Assembly: GCA_012729315.1 (NCBI GenBank)
Contig: JAAYDI010000004.1
Location: 42,239-106,238 of the forward strand
DNA: 64,000 bases
DNA from: Planctomycetaceae bacterium
Lineage (GTDB): Bacteria > Planctomycetota > Planctomycetia > Pirellulales > Pirellulaceae
Direction of reading: 5' to 3'
Shown here: positions 51,358-60,786 of the stretch, one piece after another
Layout of the letters: each line of letters begins with the position of its first letter
Numbering within the stretch: the stretch's first letter is position 1
Position numbers and translations under genes: made by a program
The notes under the pieces: model-generated
Database searches by the model: none
Told to the model about the DNA's origin: nothing
What the model saw: only the letters and a program-made list of their open reading frames with translations

Positions 51358-54120
51358 TTGTCGACCTCCGTCATTGACTCGACCGACTCCCTGAACTCCA
51401 GGCATCTGGCAGCCGGCCGCCTCGGCGTCGCCTGGAGTATCGGGTTGGGGCTGTGCGCAGCATGGCTGGCTGCGGGTTCGCTGGGCACCCTGACCACGTC
51501 GCTGCAGGCGACGCTGTCCTGGCTGCTGCTGGGAGCCGCCGTCCTCTGTGCGCAACCCCGGCTGAAACCTGGCGGCTGGTGCGTTCTGGCTGGCGCCATT
51601 CTGGTGCTCGCCGCGGTACCAGCCATCGTGGCGCCGGTGCGGCAGGGCCTGACGCTGACCGTCGCGGCGGTGATGGGGGGGATGGCGGCCGGACTGGTGG
51701 ATCCAGCGCGACGTCTGATGTTGGCAGGCGCGGTGGCCGTATTGACGCTGGCGGTCTATCGTCTGGCGCAGCAGTCGGTACCTGCCATCTGGATGCTCAG
51801 CGATGCGCTGGGCGGTCTGATGGGATACGTCGCTGCTGGCGCGCTTCGCAGGCCACTGGCGGTCGGCGCGAGCTTTGGCGGGCTCGACCTGGTGATCGTC
51901 ATGGGCGTGTTCTGTGCTCTCTGGGTGCGGGCTTTGCGTGGCCCGCGTCTGGCATCGGCGCTGTTCGCGGTGGGGGCGATTGGGGCCGTGCACTTCCTCT
52001 ATCTGACGATCCTGGCCTGCACGCCCGAGATCCTCAGCCGTCTGCCGCCGGTCGAGCCTCCGGCGATGGGCAACCCGTACGTTCCGCCCCCGTTCAGCTG
52101 GCTCCTGGTCGTGCGCCAGCTCTTGCCCTGGAATCTGCCGGCCCTGGCGGCGCTTCTGTACCTGGTGCTGGTCGTCGTGCTGATCCGGACAGGCGTTTAT
52201 CGGGTGGACAGCCCCGAGCTGGCGATGTCGGCGGGCCGGCGTGACGCGGGGTGGCGCGCGGTGGTGATCTTGTTGGGCCTGGCCCTCATCCTGCCCTGGT
52301 GCGGGCTGTTCCGCACTGGCCAGAGCCTGGCGGGGAAGCGGATCGTGGCCAACATGCACGGGCAGCTCGATTGGGAAACACCCCAGCACGATGAGTACGG
52401 GCGTGAGCAGGCCGGCATGTACGGCATGCTGCCCTCCTTCGTCGCCAGTCTGGGGGCGGAGTTGCAGCTCTCATCGGACCTGAGCAGCGCTGATCTCGCC
52501 TCCGCGGACGCCGTGCTCCTGCTGAATCCCGACACCGAACTGTCGTTAGAGCAGCAGGATCGAGTCTGGCAGTACGTGCGCGACGGCGGTTCGATGCTGG
52601 TCGTGACCGAAGGCTTCCTGCCGGAGAATGGACTGGAGCGGCGTGTCAACGAACTGCTGCAACCGACGTCAATATCGGTCCATCGCGACGCGGCGATGTC
52701 CGAGACCACAGACTGGTGGGGATCGATCCGCGCCTTGGAGCATCCGGCCATGACGTCGGTCTATCCGGCTGCGCGGCGGGTGTTCTCCGATCTGGGAGCG
52801 TCGGTCGAGGTGCGCTGGCCGGCGCGGCCCTTGGCCCTGGGGATCTGGGGATGGAGCGCGCCGGAACAAGGGGCGACCTTGATGGGTGCTGCCAGCCTGC
52901 TGCCCGGTGCCCGGCTGGGGGACCTGGTGCTGGCTGCTGAACAGCGCGTGGGGGCGGGCCGTGTCCTGGTGTTGGGTGACCGCTACAGCCTGACGAATGA
53001 GGGGTTGGTCAACGGCCACACGTTTGTCGCGGACCTGTTGTCCTATCTGGCTGCACCCACCTCCGGTCCCCAGGCGATGTGGCGCCAATTCGGCACGGTG
53101 CTATGCCTGGCCGGCCTGTTGGGGCTGGTCGCGTGGCACATCAGTGGGCCCAGGCTGATGGCCACTTGTGTGTTGTTGGCCAGTTCGCTGGCGCTGGCCC
53201 AGCTGGTGATCGCCAGCAGTTCGTCGGTCATGCCCGACGGCACGCAGCGACTTGCCGGTGCAGTTCACACGCCACCGAACCGTGTGGCGTACATCGACGC
53301 CACGCATCTGGAACCGTACAGCGTCCGGGACTGGTCGTTCGATGCGCTCAACGGCCTGGTGCTGAATCTCGCACGCAACGGCTACCTGCCGCTGGCCCTC
53401 CACGAGTTCGACGCCGCGCGTTTGGAGCGGGCCGGTCTGTTCGTGTCGATCGGGCCCGCGCGGGCGTTTTCGAGCGCTGAACGGGCGTGTCTCAGGCAGT
53501 TTGTCCAGCGCGGTGGCATCTTGATCAGCATGGTGGGAGCGGAGGAGGCGGCGGCCAGCGCCGCACTGCTGGCCGATTTCGGACTCCGCGTGCCACCCTC
53601 GCCCGTGCCCACCTGCGGCACGGACTTCGAACCGGAGCCGTTTGGACGCACACGCGCCAACTACCTGGAGGTGTCACAGGAAGCGGATAGCTACCTGGTG
53701 GCGGCTCGGCTGCATGCCGCCTGGCCGGTCGAACCGCAAGTCCAAGAGGCAGAGGTACTGGCCTACGGGCACAATCAACTGCCCGTCGTCCAGAGCGAAG
53801 CGGAATTGCCCGTGATCGTTACCTGCCGGTTCGGGCAGGGACAGGTCGTACTGATCGGCGACACCTGTTTTGCGATGAACAAGAACCTCGAATACATCGG
53901 TGGTGAACCGTTTCATGGTGCGTACGAGAACGCGCACTTCTGGCGCTGGCTGCTGACGCGGTTACAGGGTCAGCCGGAGTGGGTGCCGCCGCGACCGCCA
54001 GCACGCGTGCAGGAACCGGACGACGAGGCGGCTGAGGTTGCGCCGGAGGAGGACATGCCGGAGGAGGAAATGTTCCAGGAGGAAGCGCCGGAGGAGGAAG
54101 CGCCGGAGGAGGAAGCATAG
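51358..54120 (+). CDS. large membrane protein: N-terminal polytopic domain + two periplasmic GldG/ThuA/DUF4350-like domains separated by a TM helix, acidic PEEEA tail
   Basis: About 8 N-terminal TM helices. Two repeats of the motif class xxVLLLNPDT...YVRDGGSMLVVTEG / GAGRVLVLGDRYSLTNE and GLFVSIGPA...FVQRGGILISMVG / GQVVLIGDTCFAMNKN. The start is uncertain; TTG 51358 is the first candidate after the terminator. Confidence 0.55.
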   Translation: MSTSVIDSTDSLNSRHLAAGRLGVAWSIGLGLCAAWLAAGSLGTLTTSLQATLSWLLLGAAVLCAQPRLKPGGWCVLAGAILVLAAVPAIVAPVRQGLTLTVAAVMGGMAAGLVDPARRLMLAGAVAVLTLAVYRLAQQSVPAIWMLSDALGGLMGYVAAGALRRPLAVGASFGGLDLVIVMGVFCALWVRALRGPRLASALFAVGAIGAVHFLYLTILACTPEILSRLPPVEPPAMGNPYVPPPFSWLLVVRQLLPWNLPALAALLYLVLVVVLIRTGVYRVDSPELAMSAGRRDAGWRAVVILLGLALILPWCGLFRTGQSLAGKRIVANMHGQLDWETPQHDEYGREQAGMYGMLPSFVASLGAELQLSSDLSSADLASADAVLLLNPDTELSLEQQDRVWQYVRDGGSMLVVTEGFLPENGLERRVNELLQPTSISVHRDAAMSETTDWWGSIRALEHPAMTSVYPAARRVFSDLGASVEVRWPARPLALGIWGWSAPEQGATLMGAASLLPGARLGDLVLAAEQRVGAGRVLVLGDRYSLTNEGLVNGHTFVADLLSYLAAPTSGPQAMWRQFGTVLCLAGLLGLVAWHISGPRLMATCVLLASSLALAQLVIASSSSVMPDGTQRLAGAVHTPPNRVAYIDATHLEPYSVRDWSFDALNGLVLNLARNGYLPLALHEFDAARLERAGLFVSIGPARAFSSAERACLRQFVQRGGILISMVGAEEAAASAALLADFGLRVPPSPVPTCGTDFEPEPFGRTRANYLEVSQEADSYLVAARLHAAWPVEPQVQEAEVLAYGHNQLPVVQSEAELPVIVTCRFGQGQVVLIGDTCFAMNKNLEYIGGEPFHGAYENAHFWRWLLTRLQGQPEWVPPRPPARVQEPDDEAAEVAPEEDMPEEEMFQEEAPEEEAPEEEA

Positions 54121-56675
54121 TGCGGATCTGGTTCGCGACAGCGTTTCTGGCCAGCGCGTGGTTATTTGGCCTCGGCTATTTCACGCCGGTCCACCTGGTG
54201 GCCTGGATCGGTGCGGTGGTGGTCGCGGTCCTGCTGCTGGGCGATGTGCCCGTTCGCCTTCCACGGCGGGGTGAACGCGGGTTGGCACTGCTGCTGGTGC
54301 TGCCGGCGCTCTGGCTGGCGCCGTTTCCGTATTGCAGCATGCCCATTCTGCTGAGTTGCGGGCTGCTGGCATCACTGCTGCCCGTGCGGGGCACGAGCAT
54401 GCGGTTTGTGACGCGCGGGTGTTTGCTGGCCAGCCTGATTCTCCTGCCCCAGGCGCTGCTGCTGCTGGGCTACCAGAATCTGACCGCGCGCTCACATGCG
54501 TTGCCCCACGTGCTGGCAGCGCCCGTAGCCGGCATCCTGCGACTGCTCGGCGCGGACGTGGCGCTGGATGGCACATCGCTGGTGCTGCAGGACACGGGGG
54601 TCACCGATCGGATCGCGGCGAGCTGGGAGCTGTTGTGGGACCCGGCCACGGCCAGCGTCGTGGCGGGTGGGTTGGTAGTGCTGGCCTACCTGGCCAGCTT
54701 GCGCCGGCATGCGCCGGGGCAGTGCCGAGCGTTTCTGCGCGGCGCAGGGGTGCTGTTGCTGGTGACGCTCGCCTGGGCGCCGCTGCGGCTGGCCCTGCTG
54801 GTCGCGCTGGTGCTGCAGCAGCAGTTGCGGGCCGATGTGGCGGCGTTCCCCAATGTGGGGCAGATTCTGGTCAGTTCCTGGGTGCACGCGGTCCTGGTGT
54901 GCGCGTGGGCCGTGGTGCTCGGCCGCCTCGTGCCGCTGCCTGGCCCGCGTTTGTCTGGCGCCGCCCCCGCCCGGGCGCAGGCCAGTCGGTGTCCGGCGCG
55001 CCTCCGGCGGCGTGGCGCGGTCCTGGCCGCGTATGCCATTGCCGTGGCGATGCTCGTCTTTCTCTACTGTTGGACGCCGGTCGGTGAGCGGAAGGCGGGA
55101 CGCGTGATGGTAGTCGAGCGGCATTCCGCCTGGGAGCCGACGACGGAGCCGTACGGTACGGAAGTGTATGGCGAGGCGGGATCCTACAATTATGCGGCCA
55201 TCTACGCCTATTGCAGCCAGTATTACGACATGTCGCGCCTCGCGGCCGACGACCCGCTGGATGATGGAACGCTGGAGTTGTGTGACGTTCTGATCATCAA
55301 GACCCCCACGGCGCGCTACGCCCCTGAGGAAGTGGAGGCGGTGGTCAGGTTCGTCGACCGCGGCGGTTCGCTGCTACTGATCGGCGATCATACCAACGTG
55401 TTCAACATGAACACTTACCTGAACGACATTGCCCGCCACTTCGGGTTCACGTTCCGCAATGACCTGTTGTTCCGCGTCGGTGATCCGTACCGCCAGCAGT
55501 ACCGGCCGCCGGCGCTGGCGCATCCGCTGCTGCAGCACGTGCCGCCCATGTCGTTTGCCGTGTCGTGTTCGATCGATCCGGGATCGTCCCGCGGCTCGAT
55601 GGTGATCCGCAACGTAGGGTTGTTCAACCTGCCTCCTGCATATCAGGAATCGAACTATCATCCGCAGGCCGAGTATCGGCCATACATGGAGTACGGCGCC
55701 TGGTGTCAGCTCTGGAGCACCGTCTTCGGGCGTGGCAAGGTACTCGCGTTCGCCGACTCCACGCTGTTCTCGAACTTCTGCGTCTACCAGCCGGGCAAGA
55801 CCGAGCTGTTCATGAGCATGGTCGAATGGTTGAATCACCACCCGGGCCGCGGCGTCCCGCGGAATCGGGCGCTGTGGATCCTCACCGCGCTCGTCGCGTG
55901 CGTGCTCGGCTGTCTGGGGCTGCGTGAGAAGGCCGGTGCCTGGATTCTGGTGTTGTCGGTCACCTGGTGTGCCTGGAGCGTAGCGGTCGGCGGCACGCTT
56001 CACCTGCACGGGCGTGCCCTGCCGCTGCCCGCGAAGAAGCAGTCGCTGCAACACGTGGTGATCGACCGGTCCCTGTCGACCGTACCGCTGTTCACGGGTG
56101 CGTTCGCCGACGACCCGGAAGGAGGTGGTTACGGGCTGCTCGAACAGTGGATTCCCCGCGTCGGGAATTACACTTCGCGGCGCGGCGGCATGGAGGTACT
56201 CTCAGGCGATGCGCTGGTCGTGATCTGCCCGACGCTGCTGCCCGGTCCTCAGTTTCGCGACGCGCTGCTGGACTGGGTCCAGTCGGGTGGCCGTCTGCTG
56301 GTGTTCGACACGCCCGACGTGGAGGAGTCGACGGCCAACAGTCTTTTGCAGCTATTCGGGCTGACATCGATCCACAACGCGGCGGATCAGGAGGACGAGC
56401 CTCTGCGTCTGGCGGAACCGTCGCTGGAGACGCCGCTGCAGGCCGCGTGCGAGATCCAGGGGGGCGAACCGTTGGCGTTCTGGGGTGAGGTGCCGATTGC
56501 CGCGCGGACCCGCTTTGGAGACGGCTGGGTGACTGCCGTCGGGTTCGGCTCGTTGTTCAATGATGCGAGCATGGGTTATCACTGGCTCGAGCCGCCGGGC
56601 GAGCCGCAGCTGCAGCGGTACGAGATCCTCTACGCGCTGCTCCGCGCCGCCCTGCAGGAGCCTCCGGAGCGGTGA
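54120..56675 (+). CDS. paralog of preceding gene: polytopic N-domain + two GldG/ThuA/DUF4350-like periplasmic domains
   Basis: GTG start overlaps the upstream TAG (TAGTG). Same architecture as the preceding gene: CDVLIIKTP...FVDRGGSLLLIGDHTN / GKVLAFADSTLFSNF, a TM helix, then GDALVVICP...WVQSGGRLLVFDTPD / GWVTAVGFGSLFND. Confidence 0.6.
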   Translation: MRIWFATAFLASAWLFGLGYFTPVHLVAWIGAVVVAVLLLGDVPVRLPRRGERGLALLLVLPALWLAPFPYCSMPILLSCGLLASLLPVRGTSMRFVTRGCLLASLILLPQALLLLGYQNLTARSHALPHVLAAPVAGILRLLGADVALDGTSLVLQDTGVTDRIAASWELLWDPATASVVAGGLVVLAYLASLRRHAPGQCRAFLRGAGVLLLVTLAWAPLRLALLVALVLQQQLRADVAAFPNVGQILVSSWVHAVLVCAWAVVLGRLVPLPGPRLSGAAPARAQASRCPARLRRRGAVLAAYAIAVAMLVFLYCWTPVGERKAGRVMVVERHSAWEPTTEPYGTEVYGEAGSYNYAAIYAYCSQYYDMSRLAADDPLDDGTLELCDVLIIKTPTARYAPEEVEAVVRFVDRGGSLLLIGDHTNVFNMNTYLNDIARHFGFTFRNDLLFRVGDPYRQQYRPPALAHPLLQHVPPMSFAVSCSIDPGSSRGSMVIRNVGLFNLPPAYQESNYHPQAEYRPYMEYGAWCQLWSTVFGRGKVLAFADSTLFSNFCVYQPGKTELFMSMVEWLNHHPGRGVPRNRALWILTALVACVLGCLGLREKAGAWILVLSVTWCAWSVAVGGTLHLHGRALPLPAKKQSLQHVVIDRSLSTVPLFTGAFADDPEGGGYGLLEQWIPRVGNYTSRRGGMEVLSGDALVVICPTLLPGPQFRDALLDWVQSGGRLLVFDTPDVEESTANSLLQLFGLTSIHNAADQEDEPLRLAEPSLETPLQAACEIQGGEPLAFWGEVPIAARTRFGDGWVTAVGFGSLFNDASMGYHWLEPPGEPQLQRYEILYALLRAALQEPPER

Positions 56676-56891
56676 CGCCTGCTGGAGTACCGCCCTCTTG
56701 CGCTGCCGTAGCTCCCGGCCGAGTGATTCCCTGGGCGGCTGCAAACGCCGGCGCGACGGCTTGTTCTCCCGCTGGTTCGTCTCTAGTCTGATAGCCCGAA
56801 TCTGCGGCACGAGCGCGCGGAGGGGCGCTGTCGCTGGGCCCGACCGGCGCAGAGTCGAGGGGGGGGCTGTTCGGAGGGAAAAGAGCATTCC

Positions 56892-58703
56892 TTGCGGCGC
56901 AACGACATTCGCAATCTGGTGATTATCGCGCACGTGGATCACGGCAAGACGACGTTGGTGGATTGTCTGCTGCGCGAGTGCGGGCAGTTCCGCCAGTCGC
57001 AACTGCAGGGGGAACGGATACTCGATGCGAACGACCTGGAGCGCGAACGCGGGATTACGATCGTCGCGAAGAACATTGCCCTGCCGCACAAAGGGGTCAA
57101 GATCAACGTCATTGACACGCCGGGGCACGCCGATTTCGGGGGCGAGGTGGAACGGGTGGTCAGCATGGCGGATGGTGCCTTGCTGCTGGTCGATGCGGCG
57201 GAAGGTCCCATGCCGCAGACACGTTTCGTACTCTCCAAAGCGCTGGCCTGCGGTCTGCAGCCGATCCTGGTGATCAACAAGATCGACCGCCCGGACGCCC
57301 GTGCCCACGAGGTGCTCGATGAGACATTCGAGCTGATCATGGAGCTGGCCGGCGACGAGCGTCTGAATGACCTGCCTTACGTATTCACGACGGCCAAAGA
57401 GGGCTACGCGACGACGGATCCCCACGTGCCGACCGGCTCGATGCAGCTGCTGTTGGACCTCGTCCTGGAACATGTTCCCGGCCCGGCCGTCCAACCGGCG
57501 GCGCCGCTGCAGATGCTCGTGACGACCATTGACTGGTCCCAGTACGTCGGGCGGATCGCGATTGGCCGGATTGCGGCCGGGACGATTCACAGCGGCCGCC
57601 GCGTCGGGCTGTCCCACAAAGATGGGTCGATCACGCCCGCGCCCGTCGCGTCGCTCATGGTGTTCCAGAATCTGGACCGCGTTGAAGTGGCATCTGCCAG
57701 CGCCGGGGACATTGTCGCTGTGGTGGGGCTGGAGGATGTGGAGATCGGAGACACGGTGTGCGATCTCGAACGGCCGGTACCGCTGCCGCGTCTGGTGGTA
57801 GACGAGCCGACCCTGGAGATGATCTTCACGATCAACTCGTCGCCGCTGTCCGGGCGGGATGGCAAGTACGTGACCAGCCGGCAGCTGCGGGAACGGCTGT
57901 TTCGCGAGCTGGAAGGCAATGTCGCGCTGCGGGTGCGACCGGTGGAAGGGACCGACGGGTTCGCCGTGGCGGGCCGGGGCGTGTTGCACCTGTCGGTGCT
58001 GATCGAGACGATGCGCCGCGAAGGGTTCGAGTTTTCCGTGGGCAAGCCGCGCGTCATCTACCGTCTGGTGGGCGGTGTCCGACACGAGCCGTTTGAAACA
58101 CTCATCGTGGAGGTGCCGGCTGAGTATCTGGGGCGGATCATGGAACTGGTGGGGCAGCGGCGCGGCAAGCTGGAACACATGCAGCCGCGGGGCGAGTACA
58201 CCTGCGCCACCTTCCGCATCTCGGCCCGCGGGTTGATCGGGCTGCGCACCCAGGCGCTGAATGCCACGCAGGGCACGGCGCTGCTGCATCACCGGTTTGC
58301 CGACTATGGCCCCGTGGAAGATGAGCTGCCGCGGCGCTCCAACGGCGTGCTGGTATCCAACGTTAAAGGACGCGCCGTGGCATACGCCCTGGCCGGACTG
58401 CAGGAACGGGCCGAGATGTTCGTGGCACCGGGCGACGACATCTATGAGGGGATGATCGTCGGCGAAAACAGTCGCGAAAACGACCTGACCGTCAATCCGG
58501 CCAAGGAGAAGAAGCTGACCAATATCCGGGCGGCTGGCAGCGACGAAAACATCCTGCTCAAGCCACCCCGCATCATGTCGCTGGAAGCCGCGCTCGAATA
58601 CGTCGAAGAGGATGAGCTGGTCGAGGTGACGCCCCGCCAGATCCGGTTGCGAAAAATCCTCCTCCACGAAATCGATCGCCGTCGGAAGGCACGCGCCACG
58701 TAG
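56892..58703 (+). CDS. typA: translational GTPase TypA/BipA
   Basis: G1 to G4 motifs (AHVDHGKTT, DTPGH, NKID) and EF-G-like domains. Apparent TTG start. Confidence 0.9.
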   Translation: MRRNDIRNLVIIAHVDHGKTTLVDCLLRECGQFRQSQLQGERILDANDLERERGITIVAKNIALPHKGVKINVIDTPGHADFGGEVERVVSMADGALLLVDAAEGPMPQTRFVLSKALACGLQPILVINKIDRPDARAHEVLDETFELIMELAGDERLNDLPYVFTTAKEGYATTDPHVPTGSMQLLLDLVLEHVPGPAVQPAAPLQMLVTTIDWSQYVGRIAIGRIAAGTIHSGRRVGLSHKDGSITPAPVASLMVFQNLDRVEVASASAGDIVAVVGLEDVEIGDTVCDLERPVPLPRLVVDEPTLEMIFTINSSPLSGRDGKYVTSRQLRERLFRELEGNVALRVRPVEGTDGFAVAGRGVLHLSVLIETMRREGFEFSVGKPRVIYRLVGGVRHEPFETLIVEVPAEYLGRIMELVGQRRGKLEHMQPRGEYTCATFRISARGLIGLRTQALNATQGTALLHHRFADYGPVEDELPRRSNGVLVSNVKGRAVAYALAGLQERAEMFVAPGDDIYEGMIVGENSRENDLTVNPAKEKKLTNIRAAGSDENILLKPPRIMSLEAALEYVEEDELVEVTPRQIRLRKILLHEIDRRRKARAT

Positions 58704-58958
58704 GCCCGCCGCCCCGCGTCGCTCTGCTGCCCCGCACATGCAAACCTGGCGGCCGTCCGCGGTGACGGCTGTCTGGGCCAGGCCAGTGGTCGGCGGCAAC
58801 GCCTGCGAATGCCTGCGATCCCCTCCCTGCTTTTTTCGGAATTCCTGAGGGGTGCGGCGCCGCGTTGGCGATTACCGGAGGGCCACCACCAGGGGCTGCC
58901 ATCAGCGGCGTGAGCCGCCGGGCGGCCCGCGACCGGGGTGCGACGCTGAGGGCCATCG

Positions 58959-59129
58959 ATGATGACATCGCGCAGACGGTTTCTCGCCGGGATCCTGTGG
59001 CTGATCGGTCTGCCTGCTTCTGCGATCGGGTGCGCGGAGCAGCTGGTGCCGGCTGAAACGCACGCACCACCTCCGGATTGCGAAGGGGACCTGGTCGTGG
59101 AACCGGAACTCGATGAGGCTGAACCGTGA
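58959..59129 (+). CDS. small Tat-signal lipoprotein (56 aa), hypothetical
   Basis: MMTSRRRFLAGILWLIGLPASAIGC, combining a twin-Arg motif and a lipobox. The stop overlaps the GTG start of the DUF1559 gene (GTGA). Confidence 0.3.
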   Translation: MMTSRRRFLAGILWLIGLPASAIGCAEQLVPAETHAPPPDCEGDLVVEPELDEAEP

Positions 59130-60061
59130 CGGAAGACGTGTCTCTCAGTCGCTTGCCGCCGCGCCACCGGCTTGCCATGACGCTGGTGGAACTGCTGGTG
59201 GTGATCGCCATCGTGGCCGTGCTGGTCGCTGTGCTCCTGCCGGCCGTGCAGGCCGTGCGCGAAGCGGGCCGCAGGCTGCAGTGCCAGCACCATCTGCGGC
59301 AGATCGCGCTGGCCATGCACGCCTACCACGACACACATCGCAGGTTCCCCTATGGTGTCAATGCCGGGTGGGGACATTCGTGGTCCGCACACCTGCTCCC
59401 ATACGTCGAACAGGCCGCCCTCGCGGAACAGATTCCGTGGACCGAACGAGGATGGTGGCGCGGCACGGATCCGTACAGCCGATCGCTCCAGCAGCTGGTG
59501 CGCACCCGCATCCCACTGTTCCGCTGCCCCTCGCAGGGTGATCCGCTCACCGCGGACCTCAATCAGATGACGCAGCGGTACGTGACGAACTACCTGGCAT
59601 GCGCCGGCAGCGATGCGACCCACGACAACCTCGGTCCACACGGCATGGACCAGTCGAACGGCATGTTTCGTGCTGCCCTGTTCAACCGCCAGCCGCAGCC
59701 GCCCACACGGATCAGCGAAGTGATCGACGGCACAACTCATACCGTCATGCTCGGTGAGGCGACGTTCGTCGTCAACGAGGCCGCTGGCTGCTGGATCTGC
59801 GATCGCTTCTATCTCTACCATCCGAACGCCGACAGCGGCGACGGAATGGACTTCTCCGAAGCGCTGGGGTCCACCTATTACCCCAGCAACCTGCGCACCG
59901 GCAGCGAACAGCGGCGCGAGCTGGCGTTCAGCAGCTATCACCCGGGGGGCGTACAGGTCGCGCACGCTGACGGATCCACGCACTTCTTCCAGGACTCCAG
60001 CGATCTTGCGGTGTGGCACGCACTCGGTTCGATGCGGCAACACGATATGCCGACCGAGTGA
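59126..60061 (+). CDS. DUF1559 protein with type IV pilin-like N-terminal cleavage/methylation helix
   Basis: LVELLVVIAIVAVLVAVLLPAVQAVREAGRR is the hallmark Planctomycete DUF1559 N-terminus. The C-terminus ends HADGSTHFFQDS... Confidence 0.8.
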   Translation: MTEDVSLSRLPPRHRLAMTLVELLVVIAIVAVLVAVLLPAVQAVREAGRRLQCQHHLRQIALAMHAYHDTHRRFPYGVNAGWGHSWSAHLLPYVEQAALAEQIPWTERGWWRGTDPYSRSLQQLVRTRIPLFRCPSQGDPLTADLNQMTQRYVTNYLACAGSDATHDNLGPHGMDQSNGMFRAALFNRQPQPPTRISEVIDGTTHTVMLGEATFVVNEAAGCWICDRFYLYHPNADSGDGMDFSEALGSTYYPSNLRTGSEQRRELAFSSYHPGGVQVAHADGSTHFFQDSSDLAVWHALGSMRQHDMPTE

Positions 60062-60202
60062 TGGGCTCACGGTGCCCTGTGTCCTGTACGTGGTACCCGG
60101 GCTTGTCGCGGTCAGTGGACATTTGCGCAAACCGTCATCCCTGCCGCTCTCACTCGCGGGACCACCGACTGCGTTGACCGGCGATTAACCTGTCCGGGTT
60201 GT

Positions 60203-60412
60203 CTAGTAGGGCTGCGAATCGGTAGCTCGGGAGATGTCGTCCAACAGTGCATCGGTCTCTACCAGCGGCGGCATCCAGTGTCCGCCTTCGATCCATCCCG
60301 CTCGTTTCCGCCGCTCCCGTTCGCTCCAGCGCGCTTGTATCTTCTCGCACGCCTGCCGGATGTCGTGCGAGGTCGGCATAAATACCCGGCTCTCGCGCTT
60401 GTTGTACCTCAT
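60203..60412 (-). CDS. hypothetical small basic protein (69 aa)
   Basis: Near-perfect AAGGAGG Shine-Dalgarno 7 nt upstream of the ATG. Balanced composition. Confidence 0.45.
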   Translation of the reverse strand: MRYNKRESRVFMPTSHDIRQACEKIQARWSERERRKRAGWIEGGHWMPPLVETDALLDDISRATDSQPY

Positions 60413-60786
60413 CAGACTGCCTCCTTCTCTTCACCCCCCCTGCGCTGAATTCTACGGAGCCGGGGGAGAAAAGTCTCGGAAGTGGTTGGCGACGCCGGCA
60501 ATCCCACAGCCGACCTGGAATGCCGGAGCTTCACAACCGGGCGAACCGGGCCAACGGCCTGGAGGACACATGCAGGTACGCGGGTGTTGTCGACACATCA
60601 AAATCCCAGGCCGGCAGCCAATCTCGAAGTGTTCGAGTGTACCGGGGGCCATCAGTTGGCGGAGAAACTGTTGCGGGCCGGCACTATCCTGTGGGAGAAT
60701 GTGCGGGTCCAGTCGGATTGCGGGTGGCGCCCTGACGCTGCCCACGTCTTTCCGGTCCCCCCTTTCAGCATTCGTCATACGGGAAC

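Noticed and set aside
51358-52300. N-terminal polytopic domains of the paralog pair as exosortase/archaeosortase sorting a C-terminal signal on the repeat protein
   Set aside because: The repeat protein has no C-terminal TM or PEP-CTERM-like motif. I could not find the exosortase active-site Cys/Arg signature by eye. Kept only as an unverified possibility.
50059-52389. 776-aa antisense ORF across the repeat-protein gene, reading the repeats as AGAQVV units
   Set aside because: It has no start context or signal peptide and an Arg/Gln/Gly-biased composition typical of out-of-frame reading in high-GC DNA. The + strand ORF has an SD, a Sec signal and a downstream terminator.
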